A DNA stretch of 64,000 nt from Rhabdothermincola salaria (lineage in GTDB: Bacteria; Actinomycetota; Acidimicrobiia; Acidimicrobiales; Acidimicrobilacustridaceae): the NCBI RefSeq assembly GCF_021246445.1, contig NZ_JAJQXW010000004.1:62001-126000 (forward strand), in the 5' to 3' direction. Below, in pieces: positions 18,784 to 28,100 of the stretch. Each line of letters begins with the position of its first letter. Position 1 is the first letter of the stretch. The notes below the pieces were generated by a model. That model ran no database searches, was not told where the DNA came from, and saw only the letters and a program-made list of their open reading frames with translations. Made by a program: the position numbers and the translations under genes.

Positions 18784-21700
18784 CAGTTCCACCCTCGGAG
18801 TGCGTCTTGAAGTTCGTCGATCGTCCAGTCCCGCACCGGTCGAGCATCCCAGCCTTCGGGGACCTCGTCGCCCACAAGCACCACGCCCACCTTGCGGTCG
18901 GGGAACGCCGCTTCCACGACAAGCCCGTCGCTGGTCTCGAACCCAGCCACGAAGTTCGGGCTGTCGGCCCCGAGGACCGCTTCGACCAGCACCCGCACGT
19001 CGTCGTCGATCAGCTCGAGCTCCTCGCGTTGCTCCTCGGTGAGGGTGGCGACCATCGGCGAAGGAGGCTCGCCCACCCCGTCGGCCACCGATGCCGTCAC
19101 TCCAGTCAACGCGACGGCTCCAGCTCGGTGGCGGATCCAGAGGTCGTCGTGATCGCCGCTCGTCGCCTGGGTCGACCCCGCGATCACGGCGCCGGTGCTG
19201 TCGTCGGGCGTACCCAGGAACTGCAGAACATTGGCCCAGGCCAACCAGTCCGACCACCGGGCCCGGTGCGAGAGATCGGTCACGGCGGCATCGTCGTCGG
19301 GCAGCACGGCGAAGGCGGTCCACCGCTCGGCATTGGGATCGGCGAGGTCCAGATAGAGCACCAGGTCAAGACCGTTGACAGTCGACGTCGTCGCCACCAT
19401 CCCTATGGTCGCCTCGGGATCGGCCGTGCCTGCGACATCGAACGGCTCACTCGCCAACACCGCATCCAACACCGAGCTCATCTGCTCGGCATCGACCCGA
19501 GGAGGGCCGGATGCGCCGGCGAGACCCGCGACGGAGGAGAGGGCGAGTCGGCGCCAATCCTCATTACTGGGGCGGATCAGGTACTGCAGCAGCAGGTCCA
19601 TGGGGTTGCGCTGGATCTCGCCGACATCGATGGTGCCGTGGCGGGCCAGGTGGACTTGCTGCGCCTTCCCCTTGGCGTCGGTGCCGAGCAAGGTGCGGTG
19701 TGGGGGGATCTGGGGCGGGTCGGCGGTGACGGCGGTGTGGAAGCGTTCGACGTCGTCCCACGACAGGTTCCACACCAGCCGGCCGGACGCCCGCACGCCG
19801 GCGCGTTTGCGAGCGTCGTCGGCGATTCTGTTGTGGTCGGCTGAGGCGTGGAACTGGTAGCCGTCGAGGTAGATGGTGACCTCAGGTGCAGCTGCGTCCA
19901 TGCGCTTGATCAGAAAGTCGGGCGCCGTGTTCGGCGAGGTCATCAGGCCGGGCTGCTCCTCGATGCGGTACCGGATGACGTCGGCGCCCCGGGTGATGGT
20001 GAGCTCGAAGGCTTCGTAGCGACCCTTGCCCGGCACCCTGATGTAGTCGAGCTCGCCGCTGGTGTCGTGCTCCACCCACTCGCGAAGGGCCACCTTGAAC
20101 CGCCGCTCGAGCTCGGACTCCTCGACCTGGGCGATGCTCACGTCGCCGATGGTGGCCACCTTGATCGGGTCCCAGTCCTCGAGCAAGGCGTCGAGCAGTT
20201 CCTTGGCCAGCTCACGCCGGGCCAGGTCGTACTCCCACCGGTCGATGACGCCGAGCAGGCAGCGGTGGCACGCGGGGCGGCCCTCGGAGCGGCACGGGCA
20301 CCGCACGATGTGCTCGCGTGCGGCGAGGAGGATCTGGTGGACCTCGTCGGGGTCGGCGAGCGGTCCGAGATATCCCGTGCCACCGGGTACCTGGTCATAC
20401 AGCACAAGAAACCGGCGCCGGCCCTGGCCACTCACGTTGGGGGCGTCTGCGGTGGCAACCGTGAGGTGCTCGGGGTTGCCACCGAGGCGGGCCCGAATGC
20501 CGAGCAGTAGCGCTGCCTTGAAGCTCACCAAGCGCTCGTCGACCTCGAACATCGAGACGGGCACCACGAAACGGATGGCCTCGGTGGTGAGCTCGTGCAA
20601 CAGCACCACCGGGTCCCACTGCTCGCCGACGGAACCTGACCGGACCTTGCACCAGCCCTGGTGCAGGCGCTCGGGGCGCCTGCCACCACCGTCGTTGCGC
20701 GCATCCTTCACCGCACCGCAGTGGCGGCACACCGTGAACGACGCGACGTGGCGGTCCTGGCCCGCCACTGGACGTTGCTCCCCGGGCCGTTCGCTCATGC
20801 CCAGGTTGAACGTCCGCAGCCGGGTGCGGTGGCACAGCTCGGCGCCGAAGGTCTGCGCCTGGATGAGCCACGCCCCGCTGACCTCGGTCGGCTCAGGGTC
20901 GACGAGCGTGACGACCTCGTAGCCCTCTCGGACCCGTTCGTCGGTGTCGTCGTACACCCGGGACTGCTCCTCGGATCCCGAGGCCAGCGTAGTGCGCAGA
21001 CGTAGCACCCAATGCTGGGAACCGACGTCGGCGATGCCGGCCCGGCCGCACCGGGGGCAGGTCGTGGGCGGTCTTCCCTCCTGCTCGAGGTCGGCGAAGG
21101 CGCAGTCGGGGCAGAGGCGCCAGCGCTCGTAGAGCGGCTCGGCGGCTGCGCCGATCTCGAGCGCGTCGACGACGTGGCGGTGGCCGTCGGCGTAGAAGGT
21201 GTTGCCGGGGGCGAACTCCCGGATGGCGATGCGGCCGGGTCGGTCGTAAGACACGACCTCGGTGCGGTACTCGTCGTCGACCTTCGACCACATGGTGGCC
21301 GACAGCTCAACCGAGTCGTCGACCAGCGTGTAGTTGGGCAGCACGCCGATGCGTTCGAGGGCGCTCAGCGAGTACTCGTCGCGGTGGTCGCGCAGGAGGC
21401 GAACCACCGCCGACCGCTGGCCCTTGAGCGACTTCAGCTCCTCCTCGTCGGGCTCGCTGCGGTTGCCGATGGCCTCGAGCTTGTCGATGGCGGTGTTGAG
21501 GCGGTTGCGGCGCAGGTCGAGGTCCTTGCGGTGCCCGAACCAGTCGTCGGCCGCCTCCTTCAAGCGCGGCTCGATGCCGCCACCGGCAAAGTCCCGCAGC
21601 TTGTCGGCTGCGGGTTTCGTGAGCTGGGTGCCGAACAGGTCGATGAACGCGTCTACGTGGGCCGGTGTCCCGATCGAGGCGTCGACGATCACCCGGAAGA

Positions 21701-24700
21701 GGCCCTCGGCCTCGAACGCCCGCTTCATGAGATCGCCGACGCGGTTGGCCAGGGGCGGGCCGGCGACAGTGCCCTTGGCGATCAGGTCGATGAGGTAGGC
21801 GACGTACTGACGCTCGAGCGTCTCGGTTGCCTCGAGGTAGCAGTTCGGTGGGCGGACGACCCCGGCGAGCATGGCCTCGGGTTCGGCCAGGTAGTACAGC
21901 CCGTGGGTGTCGCTGCGAACGAAGGTAGTGACGAGAGCGTTGCCCGTGGCCCGGCCCGCCCGCCCGACTCGTTGGATGTACGACGCCGGGTTGCGGGGCA
22001 CCGAGGTGAGCATCACGGCGGAGAGGTCGCCGATGTCGATGCCCATCTCGAGCGTGGGTGTGGCTGTGAGCACGTTGGGTGCGTCCGGCGCGGTGCCGAC
22101 CTTGAACGCGGTCTCGACCGCTTCACGCTCGCGGCGGTTGAGCAGTCCCGTGTGCTCGGCGGTGACGACCCGGCGAGGTCGGCCCTGGCGGTAGAAGCGG
22201 CGGTAGTAGCCGCTGTCCACCACCGTTTGGGAACGGAGGTGACCGGGGCAGCGGTAACGACGGCAGGGCACGCCGATCCACCGGTCGTGTATGTCGGGAA
22301 GTACCGTGTCGGCCGCGCCGCACAGATCGCACCGCACCACGACCGGGTCCAGCAGCTCGTCGCCGGTGCCGGGGATGTCGACGGCCACGACCGCACGCCG
22401 GTCGAGCCCGTAGACCCGCTGACCACCGGCGGCGTCGACGCGCCGGATCACTTCGGTCGCTTGTGCCAGCGTGTCGACGACCCGCTGGTTGACGGCCTGT
22501 GCATGCACCGGGTCCAGCCCGAGGGTGCGCGCTGCCCAGTCGATGAACCACGTCGGCGTCATGGCCATCGCGGTCAGCGAGTCGAACTCGCTTCGTCCTG
22601 CGGTGGTCGCGAAGATCGGGCGGCCCTGGCCTTGGGCGAACGGGGGCAGCCCGGCGGGTCGGCCGCCCCAGATGAACCACTGCTTGCCGCCGTCCTCGAC
22701 GTACTTCTGCAGCAATGGGTGGAAGAGGGCGCCGCTGGTGCGCAGCCGCTCGCCCAGCCCGAGCACGTAGCCCTCGAGCCCGCGCTCGACCGTTTCGGCC
22801 AGGTCGCCGAGAACGTCCCGGACCGCTTCTGCCGCCAGGTCGACCGCCTCGTCGAGTTCGCCCCACGCCACCCCGCTGGCTGCGGCCACCGATTGCTCGA
22901 GGGTGCGGCCGACCCGGGCCCGCAGGCCGAACTCGAGGTCGACCTCGAAGCCGACCCGGCTGTCGAGGACGGCTAGTGCATCGGCTGGTGGGTCCTCGGT
23001 CCACACCGGCCGCACCCGGTGATCGCGAAGCAGATCAGGGGGCACGAGCCCGAAGCGGTCGTGAGGCGTATGGGCCTCGGCCATGAGCGCATCGCCCAGG
23101 TCGACCAGGTTGATGCCGTCGGGGTGGTCCTGGAGTACACCCGAGATGAGCGCCCGCAGGTTGAAGCGGTGGCTACGGCCTGCGAAGAAGGCCGCTCGGT
23201 GCGAGGCGTCCTGCACCGAATCGGTGAAGGCCAGGAGCTTGCGCTCCTCGGCCTCGACATGGGCTGAGCCGAACATGGTGTTGATCGTCACGGAGGCCAA
23301 CGAGGCAACGGCGAGGCCGACGAAGCGGATGGCGTCGGTCTCACGGCACGCCGGGCAGGTCTGGCGGCGACCGTCGTCGTCTTCGACGCTCACGTGGACG
23401 GCGATGGTGTGCTCGTCCGCCGTACCCGTCACCCGCAGAGCGATCGGGTCGAAGGGCACTGCGGCGGGGTCCTCGCCGTGGGCGCGCAGGACCACCCTCA
23501 CCAGTGGCGACCGGTCGATGGCGGCGCGGTAGATGGCGCCGGGGTTGTCGGAGAACGTGTCCCGTAGTTCGGAGCGCAGGGTCATCCAGCCGGCGTGGCC
23601 GCACCGGCGGCAGTAGACGGCCGGCAGATCGACCGCGGCTGCCATGGGGCCTTGGCCCACTACACCCTCGCCGTTCTCGGCGAGGGGGGCCGGAAGGGCC
23701 GCGGCCGCCGGCGCGTCGGCCCAACGGAACGACGTAGTGGCATCGACGCCTCGCAGCACGCGTGACACCTCGCGCACCCAGAGCTGCACTTCGACCGGCA
23801 GCAGAGGGGTGATCCGGGTGCCGACCCGTCGCCGGGCGATCGACAGCAGGGCGAGGTAGCGCGACACGGCGATGGCGACCCGTTCGGGGTCGTGTTGGGC
23901 CACCCGTCCCCAGTCGGGTGCCCGGGCCACGATCTCCACCACTGCGTCGTCGAACGAGCGGGTGCGCTCACCCACCGCGCTGAGCACGGCCCGGGTGAGG
24001 GGGTGGGCGAGCAGGCGCACCCCGAGCTCGACTGGGTCGCCCACCGGGGTGTGGGTGGGATCGTCGGGCCGGTGGCAGAAGGCGAAGGCCAACGCCTCGA
24101 GGTCGTCCTCGTCGATCTGGAGCACATCGTCGACACTGGGTATCGGGAGCTCGTAGTCGACGCGCCCGCAGGCCTCGTCGACGGTCTGACGGGTCTCGCC
24201 GATCACCGCGTCGGCACCGACGTCGACCCCGAACACCTTTGTGGCGAAGTCGCGCAGATCGGCCTCGGCCGACCGCTCGCTACCCATGGTGGCCGACGTC
24301 GCCACCGGCGCCGCCGAGCCCAGGGGCCGGTCGGGCGTCGCCATGTCGAGCGTCGCCCCGAGTCGGCGCAGGAGCATGGCCACGTCGGTGCCCTGGGCGC
24401 CGTCGTAGGTGTGGAACTCGTCGAGCACCACGTAGCGGAGCGTCTCCGGCTCGTTCGCTGCCCACAGGTCGTGGTCCTCGCGCCGCAGCAACAGGAAGTC
24501 GAGCATCTTGTAGTTGGTGAGCAGGATGTCGGGAGGGCTAGTGCGCAGGGCGTAGCGCTCGTCGACCAGGTGGTCGGGTCCCATGGTCGTGTGGCTGCCG
24601 TTGTCACCGATGTACAGCCCGGCGGTGAGCCCCGACAGGCGGGGGTCCTCGGCGATGAGCCCCGCGATGCGCGTTGCCTGATCCGATGCCAGGGCGTTCA

Positions 24701-25115
24701 TCGGGTACAGGATCAACGCCTTGATCCCCTTGCCGCCGATGTCGCGCTGACGGGCACAGTGGTCGAGGATCGGCAGAAGGAAACACTCGGTCTTACCGGA
24801 CCCGGTGCCGGTGGTGACGAGGGTGGCTTCGGGGTCACGCCCGCCGACGCTGGACAACCGCTCGAAAGCGGCAGCCTGGTGCTGGTACGGAACGAGCCCC
24901 TCGGGTAGCCAGCCCAGCGGCGACTTCCAGTCCGACCCGACAGGCCGGAACGGCGTGCGCACCCGCAGGTAGGGCCCCCGAAAGATCCCCTGAGCCGGAT
25001 CGGTCAGGAACGCCTCGAGCGCGTCCCGCACGTCGTCGTCCGCCAGCGAGAAGGTAGTGGCCAGGTAGTCGACCAACGCTCGGCGGACCTCGCCTGCCAC
25101 CAGCGAAGGGATCAT
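18783..25115 (-). CDS. Giant SF2 DEAD/DEAH helicase of YprA/DUF1998 type with several Zn-ribbons and a C-terminal restriction-endonuclease-like domain (2110 aa)
   Basis: TGTGSGKTE, YPMNALASDQ, DEFHTYDG, TSAT, TPTLEMGIDIG, QRVGRAGR; DUF1998 LYDQVPGGTGY...CPC...CHRCLL; nuclease-like PDFL...YLDGYQFH...DDARKR. Confidence 0.9.
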   Translation of the reverse strand: MIPSLVAGEVRRALVDYLATTFSLADDDVRDALEAFLTDPAQGIFRGPYLRVRTPFRPVGSDWKSPLGWLPEGLVPYQHQAAAFERLSSVGGRDPEATLVTTGTGSGKTECFLLPILDHCARQRDIGGKGIKALILYPMNALASDQATRIAGLIAEDPRLSGLTAGLYIGDNGSHTTMGPDHLVDERYALRTSPPDILLTNYKMLDFLLLRREDHDLWAANEPETLRYVVLDEFHTYDGAQGTDVAMLLRRLGATLDMATPDRPLGSAAPVATSATMGSERSAEADLRDFATKVFGVDVGADAVIGETRQTVDEACGRVDYELPIPSVDDVLQIDEDDLEALAFAFCHRPDDPTHTPVGDPVELGVRLLAHPLTRAVLSAVGERTRSFDDAVVEIVARAPDWGRVAQHDPERVAIAVSRYLALLSIARRRVGTRITPLLPVEVQLWVREVSRVLRGVDATTSFRWADAPAAAALPAPLAENGEGVVGQGPMAAAVDLPAVYCRRCGHAGWMTLRSELRDTFSDNPGAIYRAAIDRSPLVRVVLRAHGEDPAAVPFDPIALRVTGTADEHTIAVHVSVEDDDGRRQTCPACRETDAIRFVGLAVASLASVTINTMFGSAHVEAEERKLLAFTDSVQDASHRAAFFAGRSHRFNLRALISGVLQDHPDGINLVDLGDALMAEAHTPHDRFGLVPPDLLRDHRVRPVWTEDPPADALAVLDSRVGFEVDLEFGLRARVGRTLEQSVAAASGVAWGELDEAVDLAAEAVRDVLGDLAETVERGLEGYVLGLGERLRTSGALFHPLLQKYVEDGGKQWFIWGGRPAGLPPFAQGQGRPIFATTAGRSEFDSLTAMAMTPTWFIDWAARTLGLDPVHAQAVNQRVVDTLAQATEVIRRVDAAGGQRVYGLDRRAVVAVDIPGTGDELLDPVVVRCDLCGAADTVLPDIHDRWIGVPCRRYRCPGHLRSQTVVDSGYYRRFYRQGRPRRVVTAEHTGLLNRREREAVETAFKVGTAPDAPNVLTATPTLEMGIDIGDLSAVMLTSVPRNPASYIQRVGRAGRATGNALVTTFVRSDTHGLYYLAEPEAMLAGVVRPPNCYLEATETLERQYVAYLIDLIAKGTVAGPPLANRVGDLMKRAFEAEGLFRVIVDASIGTPAHVDAFIDLFGTQLTKPAADKLRDFAGGGIEPRLKEAADDWFGHRKDLDLRRNRLNTAIDKLEAIGNRSEPDEEELKSLKGQRSAVVRLLRDHRDEYSLSALERIGVLPNYTLVDDSVELSATMWSKVDDEYRTEVVSYDRPGRIAIREFAPGNTFYADGHRHVVDALEIGAAAEPLYERWRLCPDCAFADLEQEGRPPTTCPRCGRAGIADVGSQHWVLRLRTTLASGSEEQSRVYDDTDERVREGYEVVTLVDPEPTEVSGAWLIQAQTFGAELCHRTRLRTFNLGMSERPGEQRPVAGQDRHVASFTVCRHCGAVKDARNDGGGRRPERLHQGWCKVRSGSVGEQWDPVVLLHELTTEAIRFVVPVSMFEVDERLVSFKAALLLGIRARLGGNPEHLTVATADAPNVSGQGRRRFLVLYDQVPGGTGYLGPLADPDEVHQILLAAREHIVRCPCRSEGRPACHRCLLGVIDRWEYDLARRELAKELLDALLEDWDPIKVATIGDVSIAQVEESELERRFKVALREWVEHDTSGELDYIRVPGKGRYEAFELTITRGADVIRYRIEEQPGLMTSPNTAPDFLIKRMDAAAPEVTIYLDGYQFHASADHNRIADDARKRAGVRASGRLVWNLSWDDVERFHTAVTADPPQIPPHRTLLGTDAKGKAQQVHLARHGTIDVGEIQRNPMDLLLQYLIRPSNEDWRRLALSSVAGLAGASGPPRVDAEQMSSVLDAVLASEPFDVAGTADPEATIGMVATTSTVNGLDLVLYLDLADPNAERWTAFAVLPDDDAAVTDLSHRARWSDWLAWANVLQFLGTPDDSTGAVIAGSTQATSGDHDDLWIRHRAGAVALTGVTASVADGVGEPPSPMVATLTEEQREELELIDDDVRVLVEAVLGADSPNFVAGFETSDGLVVEAAFPDRKVGVVLVGDEVPEGWDARPVRDWTIDELQDALRGWN

Positions 25116-28100
25116 CCGTACTCCCCCGCGTCGAGGCGACGCTGGAACTCGACGTAGGCACGGGTCATCTCCGCCTCACGATCGGGCCGGGTGAAAGGCG
25201 GCGTGTACTGGCCCTCCCAGTCCACCGAGTCCGGGTCCTCCTCCCACTGCTCGAACATCTTCCACACGCTCTTCCACTCCGGCCCCCGCCTCTTGTCCTT
25301 CGCCTCCTGCTGGAGCTGAGCTTGGCGATAGCCGGCCGACTGGTGGTGAGCGCAGATCTTGCGCCCCTCAGAGTCGAACGCCATGGCGTACTCGTACTTG
25401 CGCAAAACCGCGAACTGCGTCCGGTACATCGCACAAAGCTGCTCAGCTGTGAGGCCAAGCATGAGCGCTGCGAGAGCATCGATCTCGACGAGTGCGAGCC
25501 GGCGCTCGAAGTCGCCGCGTAACGGCGTGTCCATTGTCCAAGCGGTCTGCCCTACACCAAGCAGGACCCGACGTAGGAGCGGGTCCGTCCAGCGGTCGTT
25601 GAGCCAGGTCGGAGAGTGAAGGTCTTCCCAAAGGGGAGCATAGGTAGAGGTCAGGCAGTTCAGTCGAGCAGTTCGAATGAGGATCGGCTCGGCGAATGGC
25701 GTGTAGAGAGGAAACACAGAGCGGGTGACGGTTGTGTCCTGGATATTGGACTTTCCTACTTGCTTAACCAGATAGTCGTATGGAATGGACGACCAGAGTC
25801 CCGCTAGGAGCACCGTCCTAGATGCATCCTGCATCGCGATTGTGTGACATGCATTGACGTGAGTCGGTCCTGGCATGATCAAGGCCGGATGCAACGACCG
25901 CTCCAGCCCAGGCTGAGTCATTGAGCGGTAAATCATTCGGACGTACGACGAAGAAGGACGTCCATCCCAGTGCGTGTAGCGACTCAAGAAGGTATCCCGG
26001 TCGGTTCGACGTTGGTAGTTCGTCCGTGGGACCACGTCGGCCAACAAGCCAACGAGATCCCACTCCTCGTAGTCTTGGTTGTGTCGACATCCTTCGTTGG
26101 GTTGTTTCGCAAAGGGCGTCGCAACAGTGAAATGAGGTCCCTGGAGAATTACATCATCCCATGTACCCGGCACTTCCGTATCCCACAAGATAGAACCGTC
26201 TTCCTTTGCCCCTTTCTCATGCCAGCCGGCACTCCAAAAGTACCCGTGATCGTTGAGCCTTACAGGTTGACTCGCGAGGGCTGATAGAGCTCCAAGGTCT
26301 TGGCTGCTGACGGGGCGCATCAGTCGGGCTTGGCTCGGGGCCGTGCCAGGCTCGTCGAAGAGCTGAGCCCAATCCGACAGAACCTCGATGTCAATCCGTA
26401 CAATTCGACTTCGATGAACTCGAAGATCCCACCCGCCGGCGGGCAGTTGCACCCCAGGGGCGGGGCCCGATCCGTCGTGGTCGAAGGAACCGTCGACCTG
26501 GATGGGGTGGACGAGGCCCGCAATCTGTTGGAATGACACTTCGCCAGCCGGCCCATATATGGCGACGGCATACTCTACCCAGAAGTCAACTTCCTCAAAA
26601 AGTAGAAGTGCGTTAAGGAACAAAAAGTGCCGACAAAACCGTCTGTAAGCGAGCTCGCGGAGTTGCCCGGCCTTCGGATCGACCAGATGGCGAATTGGCT
26701 GGGCCAGACCTATGGCCCCCAGAGCACCCGCATGACGCCAGACGGTGTCCATGAAGACCATGTAGAGGTTGGTTTGGACACCAGCGAGGACTGGGCGGAG
26801 CTGAATCGACCCTATCGACTGGACGAGCCCTTCATGTGACGCAACCTCCGCCAGATAGGTCGACTTGCGTTCGAGGGTCTCTAGACCCGCCCGCCGCCGT
26901 GCTTTGCGCTCTCGCTCGGGCGCCTTTTCCACTATCCCCCACCATGGTTCCCACTCAGCGAGAACGGTGTCATCTAGCCATCTCGGTCGCACCCATGGTG
27001 GGTTTCCCACTTGAAGGCTGAATCCGCCTGCGCGGAACAGGGGCGCGTACTCAAGCTCCCAGTGCCACGCTCCTTCCTTGCGGGCGAGGTCGGTCGACCG
27101 ACGGAGCCAGGAAAGTTCATCCAAGGCCGCCAAGAGGGATTCGCGACCCGCTGCTCGCAACTTCTCAGCCGCCTGAATCGCCTCCAGGTCGGCAAACAGA
27201 TCGAGCTGCCCGGTCGGTTCCGTCGGCTTGGGACCGATGATCCGTTCCAGGGTCGTCAGCCACTCGTTCCACGTCGGAAGCTTCACCTCGCCGTCGAGCG
27301 TCCAGAACCACAGGCCGACCCATGCGTCCATCACCAGCCGAAGCCGCCCCAGAGCGGACTCGGGGTTGTTCAGGATCTTTTCGGCGGCTCGGCGATCGTC
27401 TGCCGGCGCTCCACCATCGCCGTCGGTGCCGTAGAGGCCGAGCGGCCGGCGCATGCGTTGGTTGAGGCGGTCGAGGAGGTCGGTCGCCTCCTCCCACAGG
27501 CGCTCTACTCCGGCGGCGAGGGCGGTGAGGCGATCGGCGTCCTTGGCGCTCGGCGCCTTGAGGATCGTCTTGCGCCACTCCGCCAGCGCCTTGGCCTGGT
27601 CGGGGGCGAGCTCCTTGGCTTCTTTGCGGCCGGCGACGGCACCCCAGCCGTGGCCCGGAAGGAGGAAGTGATGGATCTCATCGGGCTCGAGCGTCTCGGA
27701 GAGCGGCCGATCGGTGGGCGGCACGGCCTCGGCGGCCTTGTCCTTGGCCCAGAGTTTGTCCTTCAGACGACCGGCGTTCCACGTGGCCCGTCGGCAGCCG
27801 ACGAGGCTGTTGCCGCGGCGGAGGCGGAGACCGAACCAAGGGGCCTTGAGGCCGGGATACATGCAGTTGAGCCAGAGGCTGACCTCGGCCAGCTCCACGG
27901 CGGTGGTGTTGAGGTCGACCCCGTAGCTCTGGTGGAGGGCGAAGTGGGCCTTCACCTTCTGAAGCTCGCGCTGGTAGCGCTCGGCGTCGAGGGTCTCGCC
28001 GAGCTCGGCCTGGCGGCGTTTGAGGTACTCGGCCGAGAGCTGGTTGATGGCCTCGTTGAGGAACGCTCCCGAGCCGAGCGCCGGCTCGCAGATGGTGAGG

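Noticed and set aside
18784..19323. 180-aa N-terminal extension of the UvrD ORF in the track
   Set aside because: Overlaps the YprA helicase in another frame and is Arg/Gly-rich noise; the ATG at 18783 is coupled to the upstream stop.
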